DNA of 64,000 nt from Candidatus Magasanikiibacteriota bacterium (GTDB taxonomy: Bacteria > Patescibacteriota > Patescibacteriia > Magasanikbacterales > 2-02-FULL-50-9b), in assembly GCA_943355025.1 (NCBI GenBank), contig CALRDW010000004.1, positions 756-64,755 on the forward strand, in the 5' to 3' direction. Position 1 is the stretch's first letter. The number at the start of each line of letters is the position of its first letter. The position numbers and the translations under genes are program-made. Of the stretch, positions 29,040 through 39,447 are shown piece after piece. The notes under the pieces were generated by a model. The model did not search any database, was not told where the DNA came from, and was given only the letters and a program-made list of their open reading frames with translations.

Positions 29040-29510
29040 TTACACAACTAGTGTATGCTCAAGTCGCTCGATTCGTTGAACAACTGCATTATAATACGCA
29101 TCACTTACCTTATTATCCGCTCGCAAACGTCTCATTTCTTTTAAGAGATCCGCTCCCTGATTTTCGAGATTTTCTAGGCGTTCGTCGTGCTTACCGAAGC
29201 AATAAAATATCGCCTCAAATTGAGTATCATGAACAAGTAATTTTTCAATAACTTCATCTAGCTTGCTTTCTATTCCCCCTATTTTACCCTCCATTCTTCC
29301 TATTTTATTTTCAACTCCCTCTATTCTACTCACAGCTCCTTCTAACTTTTCCTCAATCCCGTCTATTTTATTCTCGATCCCCTCTATTCTATCCACTTTC
29401 TTCTCTATCTTTTCCAATCCACCGAGCTTTTCGAGCACGTACGCTTCAAAAAGTGAATTCGGCTCTGGCTGCACAATAAGCCTGGTTCCCTCCAACATAC
29501 AAAATACCAT
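29040..29510 (-). CDS. coiled-coil repeat protein
   Basis: IEKKVDRIEGIENKIDGIEEKLEG-type repeats. Confidence 0.65.
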   Translation of the reverse strand: MVFCMLEGTRLIVQPEPNSLFEAYVLEKLGGLEKIEKKVDRIEGIENKIDGIEEKLEGAVSRIEGVENKIGRMEGKIGGIESKLDEVIEKLLVHDTQFEAIFYCFGKHDERLENLENQGADLLKEMRRLRADNKVSDAYYNAVVQRIERLEHTLVV

Positions 29511-29559
29511 TAGTGATTAACTTTGCGAGTATACCAAATCCGTATCCACCGTCAACAAA

Positions 29560-31011
29560 TTAGCATTTCGACAAATCAAGCTCTGCGGTAAATTTTATTT
29601 TTGAAACAAATTCCGGAACGTGGCTTACCATAATAAGTGTCCCCTCGTATTCCGCGAGCGCCTCTGCAATTACGGGAAGGTGGCGAAAATTAATATGATT
29701 CGTTGGCTCGTCCATGATGAGCAGCCCAGGCTCCTGCAAAACAAATTGTGCATAACACAAGAGGCCTTTTTGACCCTCCGAATATGTTCGGATTGGCTGC
29801 TTAAGTGTTTCCGATTTGAGTAAAAAGTGTGCACCGACAGCGTAAATAGTTTCATTGTCTGGCATATCCATCATGCTGGCAAGCGCTTGATATCCGCTCT
29901 GATCATAATCAAGCCCTGAAAAATCCTGACGATAATACCCTACTTTTACGCCTGGCATAATTTGGGCCCCTGCATGTGCTCCTTCTGCGAGCGATTTTAA
30001 AAACGTGCTCTTACCAATGCCGTTTGGCCCTTCGATAATCATCTTGTGGCCGCGTCGCAATTTGATATTAATATCCTTCTCTACAATTTTATGATTTTTG
30101 AGCGCGGCAATTCGTGTAATGACAACAACGTCTTCTTTCCATTCCTGCGGTTCAATTGTAAATCCTCGTAGTGTTCTATCTTCACGAAGCGTGTCAACCT
30201 TATTGTCTTCGGCCTCCTCAATTTCACCACGAAGTTTGGACGCGAGCTTGCGCATTTTTCCACCCTTATTTGCAAAAAAATTAACTTTTTCCTTACGATC
30301 CAAAATTTCTTTTTGGAGTCGTGCGTTTTTCATTCGATCGCGTTCGATTTGCGCCGCAATATTTTCAACCACGCTGTAATAATCCCCGACATACTGATTA
30401 ACCTTCCCTGTAAAAACATCGAGATGCAAAACACCATCAGTAAATGAATTTAAAAATTCTGTATCGTGCGAAATAACAATTACTGTTTTTTCGTAGGCTT
30501 GTAAAAAATAAGTGAGATGAAAAATTCCCTCAGCATCAAGATTATTTGTTGGTTCATCAAGAAGCAAAATATCTGGCTCTTGAATAAGCGCGAATGCTAA
30601 AAGCAGGCGCGCCTTTTGCCCACCAGACAAATCTCGTACATGTTTTTCATGCGAAACCTGTAAATTTACAACTTCCAAGATTTCCTTGATTCGTTTATCG
30701 AGATCGTACTTCTTTTCTGTGAAGGCCTCTATAAAATATTCTGTAATTGTTTTGTCCATCGCGGTTTCCGGCATCACTTGCTGCGCGATCGCGACACTCG
30801 CATTATTCGTTGTGTTCACGCTTCCGGTTTTCGGTTTAATCTCGCCCGTGATGAGTTTAAAAATTGTGCTTTTACCCGCGCCGTTCTGGCCCATGATTGT
30901 AACCTTTGCTCCTTCGCGTACACTAAAACTTGCGTCATCGAGAAGCAATCTGTCTTCAGTATATTCGAATGTTACGTTTTGGAAGCGCAAAATTACATCA
31001 CCGTGACTCAT
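29560..31011 (-). CDS. ABC-F family ATPase
   Basis: Two NBDs (GQNGAGKS/LSGGQ/LDEPTNNLD and GPNGIGKS/DEPTNH); no TM segments. Confidence 0.92.
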   Translation of the reverse strand: MSHGDVILRFQNVTFEYTEDRLLLDDASFSVREGAKVTIMGQNGAGKSTIFKLITGEIKPKTGSVNTTNNASVAIAQQVMPETAMDKTITEYFIEAFTEKKYDLDKRIKEILEVVNLQVSHEKHVRDLSGGQKARLLLAFALIQEPDILLLDEPTNNLDAEGIFHLTYFLQAYEKTVIVISHDTEFLNSFTDGVLHLDVFTGKVNQYVGDYYSVVENIAAQIERDRMKNARLQKEILDRKEKVNFFANKGGKMRKLASKLRGEIEEAEDNKVDTLREDRTLRGFTIEPQEWKEDVVVITRIAALKNHKIVEKDINIKLRRGHKMIIEGPNGIGKSTFLKSLAEGAHAGAQIMPGVKVGYYRQDFSGLDYDQSGYQALASMMDMPDNETIYAVGAHFLLKSETLKQPIRTYSEGQKGLLCYAQFVLQEPGLLIMDEPTNHINFRHLPVIAEALAEYEGTLIMVSHVPEFVSKIKFTAELDLSKC

Positions 31012-31104
31012 AGTCGCATCAATATACGTGATTACACCGCTTCTGTCAATCAGCAAAAAGAAAAGAGCATGCACTCTGCACGCTCTTTTTTAGTAAAACT
31101 CTTT

Positions 31105-32484
31105 TTATAGATATGTGTAGTAGTCCCGCAGCTTATCAATTTCTGGCATGTTCTGAATTTTCTCCAGCGCCTTTGCCTCAATCTGACGAATGCGTTCGCG
31201 CGTAACATCGAATTCTTTACCAACTTCTTCAAGTGTGTGTGATACACCGTCAATCAAACCAAAACGCATTTCGAGAATTTTTTGCTCACGTGGTTGCAAA
31301 TCTTTAATAGATGCGCGCACATAATCTCGCAAAAGCTGAAGCGCAGACGCGCGGTCCGGCGACAAATTTTTTACATCTTCAATAAAGTCACCGAGCTGTG
31401 AATCATCATCATCGTCACCCACAGACGTTTCGAGCGAAACTGTTTCCTGCGAAATTTTAATAATATGGCGAACTTTTTCAACATCCTCGCCCATTTCTGC
31501 TGCGATTTCCTCTGGCGTTGGATCACGACCCAAATCCTGAAGCAACCGGCGCTCAACTTGTTGAAAACGATTAATTGTTTCAACCATGTGAACAGGAATA
31601 CGAATTGTTCGTGACTGGTCTGCGAGCGCTCGAGTAATCGCCTGTCGAATCCACCACGTTGCGTATGTCGAAAATTTGTAGCCCCGCTTGTATTCGAACT
31701 TTTTAACCGCTCGAAACAAACCAATGTTCCCTTCCTGAATTAAATCGAGCAGCGAAAGCTGTTTTCCCACAAATTTTTTCGCGATAGAAACAACCAACCG
31801 TAAATTTGCTTCGATCAAACCACGTTCTGCCTCTCTCTCGCCGCGATCTTTCCGCTTTGCCAATGAAATTTCTTCCTCGGCCGTAAGAAGCGGAATTTTT
31901 CCAATCTCGCGCAAATACATTTGAATCGAATCGCTCGTGAGCTCCATCGGATCAACTGTATTTTTTGTTTTTTTATCGTGGCCTGTGCTGTGGAATTTAT
32001 TCAAAATATCTTTTTGAGCGTCGCGCTGTCCCAGCATTCCTTCCTTCATTTCAACCACGCTCACACTTGCGCGCTCAAGCTGTGTTAAAAATTCTTCGAA
32101 TTGCTCGAGATATTCCTCAACGTATGGAAACGCAAACAACACTTCGACTTCTGTAACAAAACCACGCTTGCGGCCTTTTGTTTCGAGTTCGCCAAGTCGT
32201 TCCACTGTCGGTGGAATCAGATCAAAAATATCTGATTCTGGAAGTGGTCCCGCTCCTGTGCCATTGACTCGGCGCAACGCTTTTTGCAGCGCACGATTAT
32301 TGTGTCCGCTCGGCTTTGGACCAACAATCTTGGGCGCTTTTTTAGCAGGCTTAACAACCTGCTTTACCGGCATGACCTTTTTAACGGACGCTGGTTTTTT
32401 TGCGACGATCACTGCGCGACGGACAGGCGCTTTTAATTTCTTGGCAGGAAGTTGCGCCTTCTTTGCCTTCGCTGGTTTCTTCAT
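31105..32484 (-). CDS. rpoD: primary sigma factor
   Basis: [44 protein letters not shown]; downstream of dnaG. Confidence 0.96.
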   Translation of the reverse strand: MKKPAKAKKAQLPAKKLKAPVRRAVIVAKKPASVKKVMPVKQVVKPAKKAPKIVGPKPSGHNNRALQKALRRVNGTGAGPLPESDIFDLIPPTVERLGELETKGRKRGFVTEVEVLFAFPYVEEYLEQFEEFLTQLERASVSVVEMKEGMLGQRDAQKDILNKFHSTGHDKKTKNTVDPMELTSDSIQMYLREIGKIPLLTAEEEISLAKRKDRGEREAERGLIEANLRLVVSIAKKFVGKQLSLLDLIQEGNIGLFRAVKKFEYKRGYKFSTYATWWIRQAITRALADQSRTIRIPVHMVETINRFQQVERRLLQDLGRDPTPEEIAAEMGEDVEKVRHIIKISQETVSLETSVGDDDDDSQLGDFIEDVKNLSPDRASALQLLRDYVRASIKDLQPREQKILEMRFGLIDGVSHTLEEVGKEFDVTRERIRQIEAKALEKIQNMPEIDKLRDYYTYL

Positions 32485-34256
32485 ACAATAAGCTTTTGGT
32501 AACGCTCGAGAAGTGTCTTGAGACGGGGTTGATCTCCAGTGCTCTCAGCGCGCTGGATTTCATGAATCAAGGTTTCACGGTGTTCTGTTAAATAAATTTC
32601 GCGCAGACGCTTTGTAAGCGCCCGCAATTCCGCCTGTCTTTCTTTTTGGCCCATCTCCGAGTAGCTCGCAGCAACGAGTAACTCAAGTGTCGAGTCTTTG
32701 ACAGGGGCGCCAGATTTCGGCGTGGTGCCGGTAGTATACTGGTCAGTCCACTCTTTGTAAAGCGCACGATATGTGTCATCAATAATTACATCCTCAGGAA
32801 GGACATGCCGCACTTCTTCGAATAAAGAAAACTCCTGTTGCAACAGTGCTAAAATTCGTTCTTCGAGTTGACTACGAATTTGGCGCGACCGTTTTGCCTC
32901 TCGCTCTAGCTTATCTTCAATAGGTTTTTGAGCGCTCTGATCCAGCGTCGAAGTTTGAATGCGTCGCATGAGTTCGGTTAGCGCCTCCGCCCCAGTTTGA
33001 AGCAGCAAACTCGCTTGCTGAATCCAATGATCCCGTTCAATCGCGCTCGGAAGCAGTTTAATAAACGAAACTATTTTTTGAGAAACCTGATGTTTACGCC
33101 GCGGATCTTTTTGTAAATCAGCGCGTCTGTCTTCCGGAATAAGCTGCGTCATCATGTGCTCCATGAATGGTTTTGCAGCCTTAACCGCCTCTGACCAGAT
33201 GGCCGGATCTTTTTTTATACACTCATCAGCATCTTTACCCGCACCCTCAGGGATTCGAATAATTTTTACGACAAACCCTTCTGCAAGTGCAATCGCTATC
33301 GATCGTTCAGCAGCAGCTTGCCCCGCAGCATCGGCGTCAAATGCAATTCGAAGTTCGTCCGTATATCGTTTCAATAATCGCAGCTGCTCAACCGTGAGCG
33401 CGGTACCCGAACACGCGACAACCTGTTTCATCCCGGCCTGATGACAGGCAATCACGTCCATTTGTCCCTCGACTAAAACCGTATATCCCGCCTCTTTAAT
33501 TGCTTGCTTCGCATAATGGATCGCATACACCACATTTCCCTTATGAAACAGTGGCGTCTCCGGCGTATTCATATATTTACCGCCAGAGTCTTTTGTTTCA
33601 ACAAGCACCCGCCCGGTAAATCCAATCACGCGCCCATGCGTGTCCCAAATTGGAAACATGATGCGCGAACGGAACCGATCGAAATATCCACGTCGACCCT
33701 CCGTCTTTGCAATTGTGAGCCCTGCCTTCACGCAATCCTCAATCGTGAATCCTTTTTTTAAAAAATATTGTGTTATCACGTCCCAGCCTGTTGGCGCAAA
33801 ACCTACCTGAAATGAACCTAATATCGCGCTCGAAACCAACCGCTTCTCTAAATATTCCCGCGCACCAGCCGCGCCCGGAAGCTCACACAAAATGCGATGA
33901 TACACATTCGCCGCAATTTGCAGCATCTCGAGCAGGCGCGTGCGTTCATTTTTATTTACTTCTGAACGAACGCCACTCGACAATTCAATCCCCGCTTTTT
34001 CCGCCAACAATTGCAATGCTTCTCGAAAATCTATATTTTCGATGCGCTGAACAAACGTAAAAATATCTCCACCTTCGCTACAACCGAAGCAGTGCCAGAT
34101 TTGTTTCTCGCGGTTGACCATGAAACTCGCTGATTTTTCGTGGTGAAATGGGCATGTCGCCTTAAAATGCGCGCCAGACTGTTTTAAAGTCAAATAATCG
34201 CGGATTACATCCACGATATCAAGTCGATGCTTAATTGCCTCAACATCATTTGTCAT
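32481..34256 (-). CDS. dnaG: DNA primase
   Basis: CPFHHEK...CFGC zinc finger, [23 protein letters not shown]. Confidence 0.96.
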   Translation of the reverse strand: MTNDVEAIKHRLDIVDVIRDYLTLKQSGAHFKATCPFHHEKSASFMVNREKQIWHCFGCSEGGDIFTFVQRIENIDFREALQLLAEKAGIELSSGVRSEVNKNERTRLLEMLQIAANVYHRILCELPGAAGAREYLEKRLVSSAILGSFQVGFAPTGWDVITQYFLKKGFTIEDCVKAGLTIAKTEGRRGYFDRFRSRIMFPIWDTHGRVIGFTGRVLVETKDSGGKYMNTPETPLFHKGNVVYAIHYAKQAIKEAGYTVLVEGQMDVIACHQAGMKQVVACSGTALTVEQLRLLKRYTDELRIAFDADAAGQAAAERSIAIALAEGFVVKIIRIPEGAGKDADECIKKDPAIWSEAVKAAKPFMEHMMTQLIPEDRRADLQKDPRRKHQVSQKIVSFIKLLPSAIERDHWIQQASLLLQTGAEALTELMRRIQTSTLDQSAQKPIEDKLEREAKRSRQIRSQLEERILALLQQEFSLFEEVRHVLPEDVIIDDTYRALYKEWTDQYTTGTTPKSGAPVKDSTLELLVAASYSEMGQKERQAELRALTKRLREIYLTEHRETLIHEIQRAESTGDQPRLKTLLERYQKLIV

Positions 34257-34594
34257 CGCTCAAGCGGCTTACCATTTTTATTCACCAAAATTACCATTGG
34301 CACACCAAGCTCTGCGCGCATTCGCGCCAATTCATCTTCGATTACATCGCCAAAATATTCACCGCTGTGAGCTGAAGAACCGTCATACGTTGGCGCTTTT
34401 TGATCAATATGAATTGAAAGTGTAAGCGGTACAGCTAAATCCTGGACATAGACATGAAATCGCGGAAAATCAAATCCGCTCACGCGACGAACATAACTAA
34501 CTTCGCCTTCACGATTAGTTTGTTTTGCATACCCAATACTGCGCATGAACACATGCGGCGGATAATGAGGAGGTTCCTTAAAACGTACTTTCAT
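34253..34594 (-). CDS. hypothetical protein
   Basis: 113-aa ORF with ATGA overlap on dnaG; FPRFHVY, HIDQK, HSGEY. Confidence 0.7.
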   Translation of the reverse strand: MKVRFKEPPHYPPHVFMRSIGYAKQTNREGEVSYVRRVSGFDFPRFHVYVQDLAVPLTLSIHIDQKAPTYDGSSAHSGEYFGDVIEDELARMRAELGVPMVILVNKNGKPLER

Positions 34595-34636
34595 ACTCGC
34601 TTCATACTAACTCATCGAAGCGCGATTGGAAAGCGC

Positions 34637-35962
34637 TCAATTAAAGGAGTAGGGGTCGGGGTTCACTTCGGTCTTAGACGTGGCCGTTTTGACGGCAACC
34701 GGTTTTCCATTAATGAGCCGGAGCGACAAGGTACGCGCTGTATCCTCTTCATGAACAAAGGGGCTTCGAGGTTGCATCTGCACAGGCTGCCGTTGTCCAT
34801 CTTGAAACATATTCTTCTCCCACGTAAGCGTCGGCTGTCCCGTCGCGTCAGCAAACGTGTGTTCAAGTTTGTCACTCAAAACTTTGTGGTCGCCAAACGG
34901 TTGATGCCAAGAAGGTATACGGACCTCTGAGCCAGAGTAGGTTAAAATACCGAGCGGCTCCTTGTGCGCCTCCGCACACAGATGTGCAATCGCTGATGCG
35001 TCGTGCGCAGGACAGAGAATAAACATGTTGCCTACAGAAACGCGGGGCAAAGCAAGTCGTTCGGCATGCTTAAGTCTTTTCCAATCATCACTATCGGCAG
35101 GTCGATCAATACCCACATGCAGAACTTTTTTCGCGCGCAGCCGTACCTCATATTGCGCAGCATACATCGGAACAATACACTCGTGATCAGCATCAAGAAT
35201 TAATTCAGGTGCAGCAACAAACCCAACAAGATGGAACGGATCCCCTTGTAATATACGAACCTTATTGAGGTTAAATGCAATTCCATCAGCGCCACCAGCT
35301 CCCCATGGCCGCTGTTTTTTATGCGCAACCTCAATACTCGTAAGCAGTGCACCATCGGTAATTACAGAAATCAACGAATTCAAATTAGTCGAATGGACCA
35401 AAAAATTCCCGCTGGGAAATAGCGTTTTCAATTTTTCAGACTGTTCAGCAGGCAAATCCCTATCAAGACTAATTACAGAATCCAAGATTCTTTTTTCTAA
35501 ATTTACATCTATTTTTTCACGCGACTTACTGGTAGCGGCAGACTCCCTAAGAAACGCTTCCGCGCCTTGCTCATACTCCAATCGAGCGAGTTTGTAAATT
35601 TTACTAAACAGCTCTGCATGATACGGCTTCTGTCGCACGAAATTATGAACGAACTCAGGCAGCCCCTGCGCTTCGTAGTCGTCGTTCGTGAGCTGGGCAC
35701 CAATTTTTAAGGCTAAGCCATGCCCATAATAATTTAATTCTGACTCGAGATCATCTAACAATAACGAGTCCTTGTCGCTCAGGCTCTCATATAATTCAGA
35801 ATTATACCGCGCAATATATCGCTGAACTAATTCCATTTGTGAAAAAAGCTCATTAAACCGCTTTGGACGGCCAAATTTTATTTCCGACCCTTCCGCGGGG
35901 CGTTTCGCTGAAGCCTTGTCAGTCTCTTCATGGACGGATTGTTCATGAAACGAATCAAACAT
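34637..35962 (-). CDS. hypothetical protein, possible ADP-ribosyltransferase-like domain
   Basis: 441-aa ORF; LVHSTNLNSLISVITDGALLTS and a later YEV. Confidence 0.55.
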   Translation of the reverse strand: MFDSFHEQSVHEETDKASAKRPAEGSEIKFGRPKRFNELFSQMELVQRYIARYNSELYESLSDKDSLLLDDLESELNYYGHGLALKIGAQLTNDDYEAQGLPEFVHNFVRQKPYHAELFSKIYKLARLEYEQGAEAFLRESAATSKSREKIDVNLEKRILDSVISLDRDLPAEQSEKLKTLFPSGNFLVHSTNLNSLISVITDGALLTSIEVAHKKQRPWGAGGADGIAFNLNKVRILQGDPFHLVGFVAAPELILDADHECIVPMYAAQYEVRLRAKKVLHVGIDRPADSDDWKRLKHAERLALPRVSVGNMFILCPAHDASAIAHLCAEAHKEPLGILTYSGSEVRIPSWHQPFGDHKVLSDKLEHTFADATGQPTLTWEKNMFQDGQRQPVQMQPRSPFVHEEDTARTLSLRLINGKPVAVKTATSKTEVNPDPYSFN

Positions 35963-35968
35963 ACAAAA

Positions 35969-36301
35969 TTATTCCTTGAGTTTAGCAAACTGAGTTTTGA
36001 GCGCTACAAGCTCGGTTGCCACCGCCTTTTCAATCAGGAGTGAGGCATTCGGAATGCGTGCGACCACTTCCGCAAGTGTTGCATAAAAATTACTTGGGTC
36101 ATCCATTAATGAGTGATTGAGCTTATCAACGTCTGAGGGGGGCAAATGAGCAATTACAACCTCAAGTACGATGTCATTAAAATGGACAATGAGTCCTGCA
36201 GCAACTTCGGCTTGACGTTCGGCCGGCATAGATTTTACACCAAGTTCTGTCAAAATTTCTGCGCTAATTTTTTCAAGCTCATGTGCTTTCATAGGAATCA
36301 A
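35969..36301 (-). CDS. small helical hypothetical protein (DUF5663-like)
   Basis: ILTELGVKSMPAERQAE...ARIPN pattern. Confidence 0.55.
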   Translation of the reverse strand: MIPMKAHELEKISAEILTELGVKSMPAERQAEVAAGLIVHFNDIVLEVVIAHLPPSDVDKLNHSLMDDPSNFYATLAEVVARIPNASLLIEKAVATELVALKTQFAKLKE

Positions 36302-37566
36302 TTAATGCCCGGCGCCTCGGGTGCTTCTGTCTGACGCGCGGGCGCTGCTGCCGCGGAAACTGCAGACTGGTGAAACGGAAGCAGTGAGATAATTTTTTGT
36401 GTCACCTGCTTTAGCCATGCATGCGCGGTTTTGTCTAACCCCTGTTCGCTCATCTCATGCGCGCCCTGTGCGGTCAAATGCTCAATAAATAATCCCGCTT
36501 GGTGTGCGACCGTGTCAAAGGCGTGCTGAATCGCTGGCGCGGCTGCCTCGAGAATTCCAGTTCCAATTGCTGAGGCTATAGTTCCACACAGCGCGCCAAA
36601 CATGATCGACTCTGCAAGTTTTTTAAGACTCATGCCCCGTCCCATTCGCGAGTGACGCGTTCGGATTTCATTTAAAAGTGTCTGAGTTTTATTTTTTTCA
36701 GAAACAGGAATATCAATTCTTACGTCACGCGACTTATTCAAAAGAAATAGCATCTTGTCCGCATCTCCAGTTGCTTCGTGCTTTTTTTTATGTAAACTAA
36801 TTTCCAGCCTCATTCGTGCCGCACGACACGCATAAACAAGGGGCAATGTTTGCGCATCCGTAAAATTATATCGTCGCGCTTCTTGAATAATAGATTCCGC
36901 CTCGTTCACCAGCGCAGAAGCCTTGAGCGAGTCGGGTTCATTATTCATTTCTTCTGTGACAAAAGACATTCGTTGTCTCAGCAAATGTTTTTTGTAATCT
37001 TTGTGAACCTCAAAGCCGATGCTCATGAGCGCTCCAGAGAGAAGTGCAGCAACAAAACCGTGGCTCCCCACCAATTCAAAACCTTCTCGCAGTGCAGCCT
37101 TAGTTCCAAGTTCGCCAAACAAGTGTCCACTTACACTAGCAACTGCCGCCCCAGCAACCGTTTGTTTAATTGAGGTACACACTTTTTTTGTAACGCCTGC
37201 GCGCTGCTCGGGCGAGAGTTGCCCGCGCATAGTAGCTGGGTCAGGAAAATGTATGTTCGGAATTCCTGAGGATGCAGCTTGGCGACAAACTTTATAGGAA
37301 AGTTCGTCGATGCCACCAACATCCTTTGCTAAAGTATCAATTGAAAAACGTTCTGAGTCAGTGTATAAACCTAGATTGCCACTTTCCGTTGCCTCTGGCA
37401 ACTTTTGCCAGACAGGCGACTGTTTCGAAAAACTGCGGTCAGCATTTTCAAATGCAGCGTTTAGACGTGAACCAAAAAAAGTCTGCTCCGGCGAAATAGC
37501 CGCACCAGACTCGATTTTTTTATGTGAAGGACGTTCAGGAAGGTTTGACAAACTCAGCTCTCCCAT
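36298..37566 (-). CDS. hypothetical membrane-associated protein
   Basis: 422-aa ORF with Gly/Ala-rich hydrophobic helices; ATGA-type coupling to the next gene. Confidence 0.6.
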   Translation of the reverse strand: MGELSLSNLPERPSHKKIESGAAISPEQTFFGSRLNAAFENADRSFSKQSPVWQKLPEATESGNLGLYTDSERFSIDTLAKDVGGIDELSYKVCRQAASSGIPNIHFPDPATMRGQLSPEQRAGVTKKVCTSIKQTVAGAAVASVSGHLFGELGTKAALREGFELVGSHGFVAALLSGALMSIGFEVHKDYKKHLLRQRMSFVTEEMNNEPDSLKASALVNEAESIIQEARRYNFTDAQTLPLVYACRAARMRLEISLHKKKHEATGDADKMLFLLNKSRDVRIDIPVSEKNKTQTLLNEIRTRHSRMGRGMSLKKLAESIMFGALCGTIASAIGTGILEAAAPAIQHAFDTVAHQAGLFIEHLTAQGAHEMSEQGLDKTAHAWLKQVTQKIISLLPFHQSAVSAAAAPARQTEAPEAPGIN

Positions 37567-37614
37567 ATACTGTGTTAATTCGGAGTTTAGTATAACACAC
37601 TTTATATTTTGCGT

Positions 37615-37700
37615 GGAGAGGTCGCATAGTTGGTCTAGTGCACCACCTTGGAAAGGTGGCGTCTCGCAAGGGACCAGGAGTTCGAATCTCCTCCTCTCCG
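37615..37700 (+). tRNA. tRNA-Ser (GGA)
   Basis: Acceptor GGAGAGG/CCTCTCC, anticodon arm CCACC-TTGGAAA-GGTGG, long variable arm, GTTCGAATC; CCA not encoded. Confidence 0.94.
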
Positions 37701-37734
37701 CATAGCATATAAAATCTTTGCATAAAAAATACGT

Positions 37735-38304
37735 ATGAGTATCCGAACAGCAGTATTTGTTAAAGGAATACGAGGAACTGATGCCATACTTGCTGATGGT
37801 ATTCCTCAGGTCGCTTTTATCGGCCGGTCGAACGCTGGAAAATCCAGCATCATCAATTCATTGACGAACCAAAAAGGTCTTGCAAAAACAAGCTCGTTTC
37901 CCGGACGCACGCAAGAAATAAATTTATTTTTGATAAATAAAAGTTTTTATTTAGTCGATCTCCCTGGCTACGGTTTTACTAAATTGTCGCACGCAGCGCG
38001 AATAAAACTTGAAAAACTTGTCAACTGGTATTTTTTTGAATCCCCCTACAAACAAAAAAAGATAGTTCTCATCATTGATGCGTCACTTGGACCGACAGCG
38101 AGCGACATGGAGATGCTCCATGCACTTATGCAGCATGAAAAAAATATAATCGTTGTTGCAAATAAAATTGATAAACTAAAAAAGACGGCGTACGAAAAAC
38201 AGATGGAAAAAATAAAAGGACTGATTGGCGACCACCCTATTATTCCCTACTCATCCGAGAAACGCGCGGGTATGAACGAACTTCTCAAGGAGATTTTGGC
38301 TTAG
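37735..38304 (+). CDS. engB: ribosome biogenesis GTPase YsxC/EngB
   Basis: GRSNAGKSS, PGRTQ, DLPGYG, NKID. Confidence 0.95.
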   Translation: MSIRTAVFVKGIRGTDAILADGIPQVAFIGRSNAGKSSIINSLTNQKGLAKTSSFPGRTQEINLFLINKSFYLVDLPGYGFTKLSHAARIKLEKLVNWYFFESPYKQKKIVLIIDASLGPTASDMEMLHALMQHEKNIIVVANKIDKLKKTAYEKQMEKIKGLIGDHPIIPYSSEKRAGMNELLKEILA

Positions 38305-38305
38305 T

Positions 38306-38361
38306 AAAAAAATTGCCGCGCTGCACTCTGTTCTCGGAACGTGGTGCAGCGCGGTTTTTTT
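38306..38361. terminator. bidirectional terminator
   Basis: CCGCGCTGCAC...GTGCAGCGCGG stem flanked by A- and T-runs between convergent genes. Confidence 0.75.
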
Positions 38362-38362
38362 G

Positions 38363-39355
38363 TTATCCGTTTACGAGCATGTCGAGCAGTGCCATTCGAA
38401 CGTACATACCATTTTCCGCCTGGAGAAAAATGACACACCGCGGATCGTCTTCGGCAACAAGCGAGATCTCTCGAACCTCATTATTAATTGGCAACGGATG
38501 CATGAGAATCGCATCGGGACGCATGAGGGCCATCTCCGCTGCATCGATGCAGAAACAATCCTTTTGAATACGCGCGAGTTCTTCCCGCTGTTTTTTTTGC
38601 GTTTCAATATCCTCATGCACAATTCGCTCAAGTTGCAGTCGCGTCCAATACACCGCATGTTGTGCCGGCAAGAGGTTTCGAAAATCCTCTCCAACACACG
38701 TATATTCAGTGCAATGCTCGTCAAGATGCCGTAGAATGTCTGAACCGATCTGCAGTTGCTTCGGCGCAGCAAACGTAATGTGTACATCCTTGTACTTTGA
38801 GAGCAGGTACGCAAGCGAGCGCACCGTCCGCCCATTGAGCAGGTCTCCGCCCATCATTATTTTTACGCCGTCAACGGATCCAAGCTGCTGATGCAACGTA
38901 TAAACGTCGAGCAGCGCTTGTGTCGGATGTTGCCCTGGCCCGTCGCCAGCATTAATCAGATGCGTGCGCGATCCGATTTTATTGAGAAGCAGCGCGCCTT
39001 CTGCGAGCCGTCCTTCTTCTTTGTGGCGCACGACAAGTACGTCGGGCCGATACCCATTAAACATCCGAATCGTGTGGGCGAATGTTTCGCCCTTAACGGT
39101 TGATGACGTAAGCCCCGCGTCAGCAGTGCAAAAAACCGTTGCACCAAGATGGTGCGCACCGTCGACAAACGACGCCATTGTGCGGGTCGACGGCTCATAA
39201 AACAGAACATTGATAAGCCGTCCTTTGAGCCGTTTTTTTAGTTTTTTACTTTCTGCTGGATGCTCCATCATCCGACGAAACTGATCTGCTCGATCAAAGA
39301 TTCGTGCGAGAAACTCTGGTGTGAAATCTTGCGAACGAATTACGTGTCTCTTCAT
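38363..39355 (-). CDS. pyrB: aspartate carbamoyltransferase catalytic subunit
   Basis: FYEPSTRT, NAGDGPGQHPTQALLD, GRTVRSL, TRLQLER, MHPLP. Confidence 0.93.
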   Translation of the reverse strand: MKRHVIRSQDFTPEFLARIFDRADQFRRMMEHPAESKKLKKRLKGRLINVLFYEPSTRTMASFVDGAHHLGATVFCTADAGLTSSTVKGETFAHTIRMFNGYRPDVLVVRHKEEGRLAEGALLLNKIGSRTHLINAGDGPGQHPTQALLDVYTLHQQLGSVDGVKIMMGGDLLNGRTVRSLAYLLSKYKDVHITFAAPKQLQIGSDILRHLDEHCTEYTCVGEDFRNLLPAQHAVYWTRLQLERIVHEDIETQKKQREELARIQKDCFCIDAAEMALMRPDAILMHPLPINNEVREISLVAEDDPRCVIFLQAENGMYVRMALLDMLVNG

Positions 39356-39447
39356 GACCGAATCTCCAGTTGTGTGGGTCCGGATCACGATACAGGAGAT
39401 GCTCCAATTTTGCAATATAGATTTTTGATGTGTAAAATAGAGTTATT

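Noticed and set aside
29560-31011. ABC-F as an antibiotic resistance gene
   Set aside because: No leader peptide or mobile context; subfamily cannot be assigned by eye and housekeeping ABC-Fs are common
32250-32484. Lys/Pro/Ala-rich N-terminal extension of RpoD as a novel fusion
   Set aside because: Low-complexity basic extensions are common on primary sigma factors of several phyla
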